DNA from: an uncultured Gammaproteobacteria bacterium
GTDB taxonomy: Bacteria > Pseudomonadota > Gammaproteobacteria > Steroidobacterales > Steroidobacteraceae
NCBI GenBank assembly: GCA_963710135.1
Contig: CAVPYY010000010.1
Coordinates: forward strand, 65,833-129,832
DNA: 64,000 bases
Reading direction: 5' to 3'
In this document: in pieces, positions 10,542 through 21,144 of the stretch
Layout: each line of letters begins with the position of its first letter
How positions within the stretch are numbered: the stretch's first letter is position 1
Translations under genes and position numbers: made by a program
The notes under the pieces: generated by a model
Seen by the model: the letters and a program-made list of their open reading frames with translations, nothing else
Told to the model about the DNA's origin: nothing
Database searches by the model: none

Positions 10542-10569
10542 TGTAGACCCGCGGTACATGGAGAAGTTC
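10542..10569 (-). promoter_or_regulatory. candidate sigma-E/AlgU-type autoregulatory promoter of rpoE
   Basis: The minus strand reads GAACTT-ctccatgtaccgcggg(16 nt)-TCTACA. This matches the GAACTT-N16/17-TCtgA consensus of sigma-E/AlgU promoters. Confidence 0.35.
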
Positions 10570-10625
10570 GATTCCCGCCGGAGCGCGCCTGCGCTACCTC
10601 CAGAATTGAGACCTGTGGACCGATT

Positions 10626-11063
10626 CTAACAAGCCGGCGGGGTGCCGCCGGCCCGCATTGCGAGGACCGCCACCTTCAGGTGGCGAAACTGGTCTGCGGT
10701 CAACGCGTATCGCGGCAGCCACCAGTCCAGCCGGCGACCGCCGGCGGAGACGCTCAACACCACCAGACCACGGGTGGCCCGGCTCGCCGGTGAAACCTCG
10801 GCGCGGATCCACCTGCCCCCGGCCGGCCAGACCCGCCAACCGTACTCGTCGAATGCGATACGCCGCAGCGCGGCGTGGGGCCCGGGCAGCGCCCGGAGCG
10901 TGGCGGGCCACAACAGCAGCGCGAGCATCGACAGGGCCGCGGCCAGGGCGGACGGCAGCGGCACCGCCCACGGCAGGCAGGCGGCCCCCAGGTGCACCAG
11001 CAGCGCCACGGCGACCAGCTCCGGGCAGGACCGGGGCTCGGCGTCAACCGTCCAGGACTTCAT
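10626..11063 (-). CDS. YgfX/CptA-like inner-membrane protein (DUF1434-like)
   Basis: 145 aa with two hydrophobic helices near the N-terminus (LVAVALLVHLGAACLPWAV, ALSMLALLLWPATL). It lies immediately downstream of and overlapping sdhE, as ygfX follows ygfY in E. coli. Confidence 0.45.
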   Translation of the reverse strand: MKSWTVDAEPRSCPELVAVALLVHLGAACLPWAVPLPSALAAALSMLALLLWPATLRALPGPHAALRRIAFDEYGWRVWPAGGRWIRAEVSPASRATRGLVVLSVSAGGRRLDWWLPRYALTADQFRHLKVAVLAMRAGGTPPAC

Positions 11064-11286
11064 CGAGCAGCGCCGCCACGGCCGGATCGACCGGGCGCTC
11101 GCGCCGGTAGACCCACTGCAGCAGTTCCGGGTCGGTGGCTTCCAGCAGCTTCTCGAAGGCGGCCCGGCGGCCGGCGTCCGCGCCGGCGTAGCGCTTGTCC
11201 AGCCAGGCGCACAGCATGGTGTCGAGCTCCTTCATGCCGCGTCGGCAGCGCCAGCGCAGCCTGCCGAGATCCGGATCCGCGCCCAC
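11044..11286 (-). CDS. sdhE: FAD assembly factor SdhE (YgfY/CptB)
   Basis: 80 aa with the conserved RGxxE motif (RRGMKELD) and ...DPELLQWV. It lies directly after sdhB. Confidence 0.75.
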   Translation of the reverse strand: MGADPDLGRLRWRCRRGMKELDTMLCAWLDKRYAGADAGRRAAFEKLLEATDPELLQWVYRRERPVDPAVAALLDEVLDG

Positions 11287-11290
11287 CGGC

Positions 11291-12079
11291 TCAGTGCTGC
11301 CTTTCGGCGATCCGACGCTTGATGTCGGCGATGGCCCGCGCCGGGTTGAGGTCCTTCGGACAGGCCTCGGTGCAGTTCATGATGGTGTGGCAGCGGTACA
11401 GCTTGAACGGATCCTCGAGATCGTCCAGCCGCTCCCCCTGGGCCTCGTCGCGGGTATCCACGATCCAGCGGTAGGCCGCGAGCAGTGCGGCGGGACCGAG
11501 GTACCGATCGCCGTTCCACCAGTAGCTGGGGCAGCTGGTCGAGCAGCAGGCGCACAGGATGCAGGCGCTGGGACTGTCGATCTTCTCCTGGTCCTCGGGC
11601 GTCTGCAGGCGCTCGCGATCCGGCGGCGCCGGGGTGCGGGTCTGCAGCCAGGGCTTGACCGAGGCGTACTGCGCGTAGAAGTTGGTCAGGTCCGGAACCA
11701 GGTCCTTGATCACTTCCATGTGCGGCAGCGGGAAGATGCGCACCTCGCCGCTGACGTCGGCGATGGCCTTGGTGCAGGCCAGCGTGTTGACGCCGTCGAT
11801 GTTCATCGCGCACGAGCCGCAGATGCCCTCGCGGCAGGAGCGCCGGAAGGTCAGCGTCGGGTCGATCTCGTTCTTGATCTTGATCAGCGCATCCAGAACC
11901 ATCGGCCCGCAGCGATCGAGGTCGATCTCGTAGTTGTCGACGCGCGGCTTCTCGCCGCTGTCCGGATCCCAGCGATAGACGCGGAAGGTGCGCACGCGCG
12001 TGGCGCCGGCGGGCGCCTGGTGGCGCCGCCCGGGGACGTCCTTGAAGCGGGAGTTGGCGGGTAAGGTGAACTCGGCCAT
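11291..12079 (-). CDS. sdhB: succinate dehydrogenase iron-sulfur subunit
   Basis: 262 aa with cluster motifs [28 protein letters not shown] and [13 protein letters not shown]. Confidence 0.95.
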   Translation of the reverse strand: MAEFTLPANSRFKDVPGRRHQAPAGATRVRTFRVYRWDPDSGEKPRVDNYEIDLDRCGPMVLDALIKIKNEIDPTLTFRRSCREGICGSCAMNIDGVNTLACTKAIADVSGEVRIFPLPHMEVIKDLVPDLTNFYAQYASVKPWLQTRTPAPPDRERLQTPEDQEKIDSPSACILCACCSTSCPSYWWNGDRYLGPAALLAAYRWIVDTRDEAQGERLDDLEDPFKLYRCHTIMNCTEACPKDLNPARAIADIKRRIAERQH

Positions 12080-12146
12080 AACTCGGATCTCGTGGGTGGA
12101 TGTTGCGCGGTCAGTTGCCCGGGATGCGTCTCGTCGTGGTCGAGCC

Positions 12147-13932
12147 CTAGTAGGTGCGGGCCTTCGGCGGGATGGCCTCGACCTCGTCGGTCAGCGTCCC
12201 GAGTTGCACCGGCCGGTAGTCGAAGCAGGCCCGCCCCTTGGCATCGACCCAGACCAGCGAGTGCTTGAGCCACTCGCTGTCGTTGCGATCCGGATAGTCC
12301 TCGCGGGCGTGGGCGCCGCGGCTTTCCGTGCGGTTCGCGGCCGAGCGGATGGTCGCCACCGCCTGCAGCAGGAGATTCTCGAGCTCGAGGGTCTCGATCA
12401 GGTCGGTGTTGAACACCAGTGACCGGTCGCTGACCTGCACGTCGGCCAGCGTCTCGTAGGTCGCCGCCAGGCGCGTACAGCCCTCGTCGAGGGTCTCGCC
12501 GGTGCGGAACACCGCGGCGTCGTTCTGCATGATGCGCTGCATCTCGCCGCGGATGGCGGCGGTCGAGCGCGACCCGGCGGCATTGCGGAACCGGTCGAGC
12601 CGCGACACCGCGAGCTCGCCGGCGCTGGCCGAGCAGCGGCCGCTGGCGGGCGCCGGGCTCGACAATCTCCGCGCAATGCCGCGCCGCGGCGCGTCCGAAC
12701 ACCACCAGGTCGAGCAGGGAATTCGAGCCGAGGCGGTTGGCGCCGTGCACCGACACGCAGGCCGCCTCGCCCACCGCCATCAGGCCGCGCACGACGGCAC
12801 TGGGATCGTCGCCACGCCGCGTGACCACTTCGCCGTGCACGTTGCAGGGAATGCCGCCCATGTTGTAGTGCACGGTCGGCAGCACCGGAATCGGCTGGCG
12901 GGTCACGTCCACGCCCGAGAAGATGCGCGCGGTCTCGGCGATGCCCGGCAGCCGCTTGTGGATGACGTCCGCGCCGAGATGCTCGAGATGCAGGTAGATG
13001 TGGTCCTTCTCCGGACCGACGCCCCGGCCCTCGCGGATCTCGATGGTCATCGAACGGCTGACCACGTCGCGCGACGCCAGGTCCTTGGCATTCGGCGCAT
13101 AGCGCTCCATGAAGCGCTCGCCCTCGGAGTTCCTGAGGATGCCGCCCTCGCCGCGCACGCCCTCGGTGATCAGGCAGCCCGCCCCGTAGATGCCGGTCGG
13201 GTGAAACTGCACGAACTCCATGTCCTGCAGCGGCAGCCCGGCGCGCAGCACCATGCCGCCGCCGTCGCCGGTGCAGGTGTGGGCGGAGGTGCAGGAGAAA
13301 TAGGCGCGGCCATAGCCGCCGGTGGCCAGGATGGTCATCTGCGCCAGGAACCGGTGCAGCTTGCCGGTGGCCATGTCGAGCGCGACGATGCCGCGGCACT
13401 CGCCGTTCTCCATGATCAGGTCGATCGCGAAGTACTCGATGAAGAAGCTGGCGCTGTGCTTCAGCGACTGCTGGTACAGCGTGTGCAGCATGGCGTGCCC
13501 GGTGCGGTCCGCCGCCGCGCAGGTGCGCTGCGCGATGCCCTGGCCATAGTGCGTGGTCATGCCGCCGAACGGCCGCTGGTAGATGCGCCCGTCCTCGGTG
13601 CGGGAGAACGGCACGCCGTAGTGCTCGAGCTCGAGCACGGCGCTCGGCGCCTCCTTGCACATGAACTCGATGGCGTCCTGGTCGCCGAGCCAGTCCGAGC
13701 CCTTGATGGTGTCGTAGAAGTGGAAGCGCCAGTCGTCCTCGCCCATGTTGCCGAGCGCGGCGCTGATGCCGCCCTGCGCCGCCACCGTGTGGCTGCGGGT
13801 GGGGAACACCTTGCTGATGCAGGCGGTCGACAGGCCCGCTTCGGCCAGACCGAGGGTCGCACGCAGACCCGAGCCGCCGGCGCCGACGACGATGACGTCG
13901 TAGCTGTGATCGGTGAACGCGTAATCGCTCAT
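12147..13932 (-). pseudogene. sdhA: succinate dehydrogenase flavoprotein subunit, one frameshift as sequenced
   Basis: ATG at 13930-13932 ([39 protein letters not shown]...) reads in one frame down to ...[11 protein letters not shown] at ~12,660. The C-terminal ~165 codons ([12 protein letters not shown]...[16 protein letters not shown]...PKARTY) lie in the frame of ORF 12147..12665. Confidence 0.9.
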
Positions 13933-14315
13933 GACGGGGCTCCGAAAGCGAGCCGCAGAATGCCCGCGAGCGCGAACGCCGCCGCCAGCACGTGGGCGAA
14001 GCGGGACAGCGTCAGCGCCGCGAAGCGCAGGCCCTTGTGATGCACGTAGTCCTCGATCACGACCTGCACGCCGAGCGCCGAGTGACGCGCGGCGACCACG
14101 GCGAACAGGGCGAGCAGCACCGCATTGAACGGGCGCGCCACCCAGGCCGACACGGAGCCGTGCGCGAGGTCCGGCAAGGTCAGCACGGCGAACAGGAACC
14201 AGATGCCGAGCGGCACCAGCGCGATCGAGGTGTAGTGCATGTCGAGCCAGTGGCCGACGCCCTGCTTGGCGGAGCCGTGGCCGAGCGCGCGGCCGAGCGG
14301 TGAACGCAGGCTCAT
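13929..14315 (-). CDS. sdhD: succinate dehydrogenase membrane anchor subunit
   Basis: ATG at 14313-14315 gives [42 protein letters not shown]..., with three TM helices. The stop forms an ATGA overlap with the sdhA start. Confidence 0.8.
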   Translation of the reverse strand: MSLRSPLGRALGHGSAKQGVGHWLDMHYTSIALVPLGIWFLFAVLTLPDLAHGSVSAWVARPFNAVLLALFAVVAARHSALGVQVVIEDYVHHKGLRFAALTLSRFAHVLAAAFALAGILRLAFGAPS

Positions 14316-14711
14316 GCCCCACCTCCCAGGTGGCGCCAGCGCCAGCGCCAGGGTGAACAGGGAAGCAAGCGCGGTCAGGCCGACGACGACCAGCCCGCTG
14401 CGCCGCGCCTGGGCCTTCTCGAAGCCGTAGCCGGCATCCCAGGCGAGGTGCCTGAGGCCCGCGAACAGGTGGAACCAGAAGGCGATGATCCAGACCGCCA
14501 GCGCCAGCCGGACCAGCGGGTTGCCAAACACCTTGCCGGCCGTCGCGTAGGCCGCCGGACCGCTGGCGGCGGCCATCAGCCAGTACGCCAGCAGCACCAG
14601 CCCGATCGACTGGAACAGCCCGGACAGGCGGTGCGACATCGACAGCACCATGGTGTACATGGGCCGATACACCTGCAGGTGCGGCGACAGTGGTCTCGAC
14701 GATGTGGACAT
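14316..14711 (-). CDS. sdhC: succinate dehydrogenase cytochrome b556 subunit; no stop codon before sdhD as sequenced
   Basis: ATG at 14709-14711 gives [32 protein letters not shown]... (the SdhC RPLSPHLxxY opening). The frame runs straight into the sdhD ATG. Confidence 0.8.
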
Positions 14712-14784
14712 CAGCGGTTCTCCGCGCAAATTGAGCCACCCGCAGGCAGCCCGGCCGCGCCATCGCGCCCCCCGGGGCGCCAGT

Positions 14785-14949
14785 TCAGAAGTCGATGCAG
14801 CGCCCTTTCTTCTCCCAATCCCCGAAACGGGTGGGCTCGGGACCCGGCGGGCCACCGATCTCCCGGGGCGGCTTGACCTCGGGCTCCGCAGGCGTCGAAT
14901 CCGCCGGCAGCGGCGGCTTCTCTGCAGTGGCGGCGGGATCGTTGTGCAT
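14785..14949 (-). CDS. DUF1674 small protein (SDHAF4/Sdh8-like)
   Basis: 54-codon minus-strand ORF absent from the ORF track: MHNDPAATAEKPPLPADSTPAEPEVKPPREIGGPPGPEPTRFGDWEKKGRCIDF. The C-terminal GGPxGPEPTRFGDWExKGRCxDF is the DUF1674 signature, and the gene lies just upstream of sdhC. Confidence 0.7.
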   Translation of the reverse strand: MHNDPAATAEKPPLPADSTPAEPEVKPPREIGGPPGPEPTRFGDWEKKGRCIDF

Positions 14950-15074
14950 CGCGTTAATCTTGCCAGATTACGGGCGGCGATCCCATCGAATTTCTATTGC
15001 GAACAGTCTGTTGCCGCATGGCGGGTACTGGACGGAATGTCACCGGAAGCGCAGCCTGAAGGTATATTCGCGCC

Positions 15075-15917
15075 ATGACCCCCTCGCAGATTTACCCGCT
15101 GCCGGATCTCGGCGTCATCCGCTTCAGCGGACCGGATGCGCTGTCCTTCCTGCAAGGCCAGCTGACCGCCGACCTGCGAACCCTGCAGCCGGGATCTTCC
15201 GTGCTGGCGGCCTGGTGCTCGCCGCAGGGCCGGATCATCGCGCTGCCCCGGCTGCTCGGCAGCGCCGACGCGTTGCTGGCGGTGCTGCCACGCGAGTTGA
15301 CCGGCCCGGTGCTGTCGCGCCTCGGCCGCTACGTCATGCGCGCCAAGGTCGTGATGGAGGACGTCTCGGAGCGCCTGCCCGTGGCCGGACTGGTCGCGAC
15401 CGGGCCGGGCGCACCCGTTGCGGCTGACATCGACCCGGCGGAGCAGGTCGTCGCGCTGCCCGGGCAGCGGGCGCTCTGGATCGGCGGCGGCGGATCCGGC
15501 TCGGGGGCGCGAAGCACCTGGGAGCAACTCGCCATCGAGCAGGGAGAACCCGCCGTGGTCGCCGCCACCAGCGAGAGCTGGATCCCACAGATGCTCAATC
15601 TCGACCTGCTCGGCGCGGTCAGTTTCACCAAGGGCTGTTACGCAGGCCAGGAGATCGTGGCCCGCACCCAGCACCTGGGGCGCATCAAGCGGCGCATGTT
15701 CCGCTATCGGGCGGACAGCGGCACCGCTGTCGAACCGGGCAGCGCATTGCTCGACGCCGGCGCCAAGGTGGGCGAAGTGGTGCGCAGCGCCGCCGGATCG
15801 GTGCTCGCGGTGGTCAACCTCGACGCCGCGGGCCGGGCGCTGACCGACGAGAGCGGCACCCGCTACCTGCCCGAGCCACTGCCCTACGCGGTCGGCGACA
15901 CGCCCTCGCCCGGCTAG
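15075..15917 (+). CDS. ygfZ: folate-binding Fe-S cluster repair / tRNA-modifying protein YgfZ
   Basis: 280 aa with a GcvT-like fold and the C-terminal signature KGCYAGQEIVARTQHLGRIKRRM. Confidence 0.8.
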   Translation: MTPSQIYPLPDLGVIRFSGPDALSFLQGQLTADLRTLQPGSSVLAAWCSPQGRIIALPRLLGSADALLAVLPRELTGPVLSRLGRYVMRAKVVMEDVSERLPVAGLVATGPGAPVAADIDPAEQVVALPGQRALWIGGGGSGSGARSTWEQLAIEQGEPAVVAATSESWIPQMLNLDLLGAVSFTKGCYAGQEIVARTQHLGRIKRRMFRYRADSGTAVEPGSALLDAGAKVGEVVRSAAGSVLAVVNLDAAGRALTDESGTRYLPEPLPYAVGDTPSPG

Positions 15918-16729
15918 AGATCCACCAGTTCCACCGCCGCGGCGTCCAGCGGCTCGCCGGAGAAGACCGACCCGACCCGCGCGAAGCGCTCGGGCCCGTC
16001 GGTCGCCAGCAGCCGGATCGTGCCGATGCCAGGGCCGGCCAGCAGGCCGCCGGACTGGAGCAGGGCGCGGGTCGCGGCCGCGGTCGTCTCCGCCGAGTCG
16101 ACCAGGGTGATGGCCGTGCCCACGACGCGGCGGATCGGCGCGAGCAGCGCCGGAAAGTGCGTGCAGCCGAGCAGCAGCGTATCGGCGCCGGAGTCGGCCA
16201 GGAAGGACTCCAGGTAGCGGCGCGCGATCGCCTCGGCGATCGGCCCGTCGGTCCAACCCTCCTCCGCGAGGGCGACGAACAGCGGGCAGGCCCGTTGCGT
16301 GACGACGGCCGTCGCCGACAGCTCGCCGATCGCGCGCAGGTAAGCGCCGCCCCGCACGGTGCCTTCGGTGGCGATGACCGCGATCCGTCCGGACGGCGAA
16401 CTGCGCACCGCGGCCGTCGCGCCGGGCGTCACCACGCCGATCACGGGCGTCGCGGGAAAGCGCTCGCGCAGCGGACCGATCGCCACCGACGAGGCGGTGT
16501 TGCAGGCCACGACCAGCGCCTTGATGCCCCGTTCGACCAGCAGGGCCGACGCCTGGGTCGCGTAGCGCACCACGGTATCGGCACTCTTGGTGCCGTACGG
16601 CAGGCGGGCGGTATCGCCCAGGTAGAGGAAATCCTCGGCCGGCAGCGTCGCGCGCAGCGCGCGCAGCACGCTCAGGCCACCGACGCCGGAATCGAAGACA
16701 CCTATCGGAAGGTTGGCGGGAGAGGACAC
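15914..16729 (-). CDS. murI: glutamate racemase
   Basis: 271 aa with VFDSGVGGLSV, VVACNTAS and LGCTHFP catalytic-Cys motifs. Confidence 0.9.
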   Translation of the reverse strand: MSSPANLPIGVFDSGVGGLSVLRALRATLPAEDFLYLGDTARLPYGTKSADTVVRYATQASALLVERGIKALVVACNTASSVAIGPLRERFPATPVIGVVTPGATAAVRSSPSGRIAVIATEGTVRGGAYLRAIGELSATAVVTQRACPLFVALAEEGWTDGPIAEAIARRYLESFLADSGADTLLLGCTHFPALLAPIRRVVGTAITLVDSAETTAAATRALLQSGGLLAGPGIGTIRLLATDGPERFARVGSVFSGEPLDAAAVELVDL

Positions 16730-16754
16730 GGTTGGGGTGGTGATGGGTGAGCCC

Positions 16755-18260
<1,506 letters not shown>

Positions 18261-18275
18261 GCTGTCCCCGTCATC

Positions 18276-19371
18276 TCAGAGGCCGAGCTTCAGGCTCGCC
18301 TCCATGAACTGGTCGAGATCGCCGTCCAGCACGGACTGCGTATTGCCGACCTCGATATTGGTCCTCAGGTCCTTGATGCGCGACTGGTCGAGCACGTAGG
18401 AGCGGATCTGGTGCCCCCAGCCGACGTCGGTCTTCTGGTCCTCCAGCACCCGCGCCGCGGCGTTGCGCTTGTTGACCTCGAGCTCGTACAGCTTTGCCTT
18501 GAGCATCTTCATGGCGGTCGAGCGGTTCTTGTGCTGGCTGCGCTCGCTCTGGCAGGCGACGACGATGCCGGTCGGCACGTGGCGCATGCGCACCGCGGAG
18601 TCGGTCTTGTTGACGTGCTGCCCGCCCGCGCCGCTCGCGCGATACGTGTCGGTCTCGATGTCGGCCGGGTTGACCTCGATGTTGATGTCGTCATCGACCT
18701 CCGGCGACACGAACACCGAGGCGAACGAGGTGTGCCGGCGGTTGCCCGAATCGAACGGCGACTTGCGCACCAGCCGGTGCACGCCCGTTTCCGTGCGCAG
18801 CCACCCATAGGCATAGGACCCGTCGATCTTCAGCGTCGCGCCCTTGATGCCGGCCACCTCGCCGTCGCTCTGGTCGATCACCTCGGTGGCAAAGCCGTGC
18901 TGATCGGCCCAGCGCAGGTACATGCGCATCAGCATCTGCGCCCAGTCCTGCGCCTCGGTGCCGCCGGCGCCGGCCTGGATGTCGAGGAATGCCGCGTGCG
19001 AGTCCATCTCGCCCGAGAACATGCGGGTGAATTCGAGCTGCTCGATGCGCTTCTCGATGGCGGCGACGTCGCGCTCGACGTCGGCGAAGCCCGACTCGTC
19101 GTCCTCCTCCTCGACCAGGTCGAGCAGGCCGGCGCAGTCGGCGAGCGGCGTGGCGATGGCGTCGAGTTCCAGGACGCTCGCCTCCAGACGCGCGCGCTCA
19201 CGCCCGAGTTCCTGCGCCCGCTCCGGCGCGTCCCAGATCTTCGGGTCCTCGAGCTCGCGGTTTACTTCCTCGAGCCGCTCGCGCTTGCGATCGTACTCAA
19301 AGGTACCCCCTGAGCGCGGCGAGGCGCTGCTCGAGATCCTTGAGGGTGCGGCGGAGGGGCGCGAATTCCAT
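18276..19371 (-). CDS. prfB: peptide chain release factor 2, requires programmed +1 frameshift
   Basis: ATG at 19369-19371 gives [24 protein letters not shown] followed by an in-frame TGA (19297-19299). The +1 frame continues [13 protein letters not shown]...[16 protein letters not shown] (GGQ motif) to 18276. Confidence 0.95.
19296..19311 (-). other. prfB: prfB programmed +1 ribosomal frameshift site
   Basis: The minus strand reads AGGGGG TAC CTT TGA G: an internal SD-like AGGGGG, a 3-nt spacer and the slippery CUU-UGA. This is nearly identical to E. coli AGGGGGUAUCUUUGAC. Confidence 0.9.
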
Positions 19372-19413
19372 CGGGGCAACCTGACAGTCCGGGGAATCTC
19401 GAATAGTAGCAGA

Positions 19414-21144
19414 TCAACCGGGCCCGATCGGCTCCGCCCACTCGACCTTCAGTTCCGGCCGCGGCGTGCCGCCGAAGGTCGTGGTCTCGAGCCGGTAGGC
19501 CAGCCGCACCCGCGCGCCGGCCTCGATCCGTGCGGCCGCGGCGTCGCCGTAATAGCCGAAAGCGATCGACTCCAGCGGCCGGCTGTGGGCATCGGGACGC
19601 ACCCACAGCTTGAGGTGACGCTCGGCCACCACGCGTGACTCCACCACATCGAACTCGCCGTCGAAGACCGGCTCCGGGAAGCCCTGGCCCCAGGGCCCGC
19701 CCTGCTCCAGCGCCCGCGCGGTGTCGAGCGAGAGCTCCGCCGCCGACAGCTCGCCGTCGCTCTCCAGCACGCCACGCATCTGGCCCGGCGACAGCCACTT
19801 GCCCACTTCTTCGGCAAAGGCGTCCGAGAACCGCTTCAGGCTGGCGCGCCGCATGGTCAGCCCCGCCGCCATCGCATGGCCGCCAAAGCGGTCGATCAGG
19901 CCCGGGTGGCGCGCGTCGATCGCCTCGAGCACGTCACGCACGTGCACGCCCGCCACCGAGCGGGCGGAGCCGCGCAACTCGTCGCCGCCGGCCGGCGCGA
20001 AGGCGATGACCGGGCGGTGTACCCGATCCTTGATGCGTGAGGCGACCAGCCCGACCACGCCCGGGTGCCAGGCATCGTCGTAGAGGGAAACGCCAGGCGG
20101 CAGACTGCCCTCCTCGATGCGCAGCGTGCGCAACAGCGCCACGGCTTCCTCGCGCATCTTGCCTTCGAGTTCGCGCCGCTCGCCGTTCAGCCGGTCGAGT
20201 TCCAGCGCCAGGCGCATGGCCTCCGCCGGTTCCTCGGCCAGCAGGCAGCGTATGCCGACGGTCATGTCGTCGATGCGCCCTGCGGCGTTCAGGCGCGGCG
20301 CCACCGCGAAACCGAGGTCGCGCGCCGAGAGCGCGTCCGGCGCACGCTTGCCCACCAGCGCCAGCGCGCGGATGCCCTCGACGCCCCGGCCCGCGCGGGC
20401 GCGCTGCAGACCCGCCTGCACCAGGATGCGGTTGTTGTAGTCGAGCGGCACCAGATCGGCGACCGTGCCCAGCGCGACCAGGTCGAGCAGGTCGGCGACC
20501 GGCGGCAGGCGCTCGCCCCGCAGGGTCTCCAGCCGGCGGGTCAGCGCCGCCATCAGGTAGAACGCCACGCCCACGCCCGCCAGCGACTTGCTGGCGAAGG
20601 CCGCCCCCTGCAGATTGGGATTGACGTGCACCGCGCAGGCGGGAAGCTCCGCCGGTGGCAGATGATGATCGGTGACCAGCACCTCGATGCCCTGCGCCGT
20701 GGCCGCGGCGATGCCGCCGTGCGCCGCCACGCCATTGTCGACGGTGATGATCAGGTCGGGCTTGTCCTGCGCGATCTCCTCCACCAGGCCGGCGGTGAGC
20801 CCGTAGCCGTGGCGTATCCGGTCCGGCACGCGAAACCCGACATTGCGATGACCGAGGCGCCGCAGCTGCCGGACGATCACCGCCGTGCTGGTCGCGCCGT
20901 CGGCGTCGTAGTCGCCGACCACCAGGATGCTGGCACCGGTCTGCAGGCGCTCGACCAGCAAGGTGGTGGCGCTCTCGACGCCATCCAGCGAGGAGACCGG
21001 CAGGAGGTTCTTCAGGGCGAGATCGAGCTGTTCGTCGTCGGTGAGGCCGCGCGCCGCGTAGACGCGCTTCAGCACCGGATGCACCGAGCCGGGCAGGCCG
21101 CCGGCGTCGGGCACGGCGCGGCGCACGATCTCGCGGCGGCTCAT
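19414..21144 (-). CDS. recJ: single-stranded-DNA-specific exonuclease RecJ
   Basis: 576 aa with DHH-family motifs ([18 protein letters not shown]) and DHHA1 GGHAMAAG; intact. Confidence 0.95.
   Translation of the reverse strand: MSRREIVRRAVPDAGGLPGSVHPVLKRVYAARGLTDDEQLDLALKNLLPVSSLDGVESATTLLVERLQTGASILVVGDYDADGATSTAVIVRQLRRLGHRNVGFRVPDRIRHGYGLTAGLVEEIAQDKPDLIITVDNGVAAHGGIAAATAQGIEVLVTDHHLPPAELPACAVHVNPNLQGAAFASKSLAGVGVAFYLMAALTRRLETLRGERLPPVADLLDLVALGTVADLVPLDYNNRILVQAGLQRARAGRGVEGIRALALVGKRAPDALSARDLGFAVAPRLNAAGRIDDMTVGIRCLLAEEPAEAMRLALELDRLNGERRELEGKMREEAVALLRTLRIEEGSLPPGVSLYDDAWHPGVVGLVASRIKDRVHRPVIAFAPAGGDELRGSARSVAGVHVRDVLEAIDARHPGLIDRFGGHAMAAGLTMRRASLKRFSDAFAEEVGKWLSPGQMRGVLESDGELSAAELSLDTARALEQGGPWGQGFPEPVFDGEFDVVESRVVAERHLKLWVRPDAHSRPLESIAFGYYGDAAAARIEAGARVRLAYRLETTTFGGTPRPELKVEWAEPIGPG

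Noticed and set aside
11884-14763. 959-aa minus-strand ORF spanning sdhB to sdhC.
   Set aside because: It is a chimera. Only its middle part (from [12 protein letters not shown] at 13,932 to ~12,660) is SdhA. The upstream part is an out-of-frame read through sdhD/sdhC, and the downstream part is the post-frameshift tail running into sdhB.
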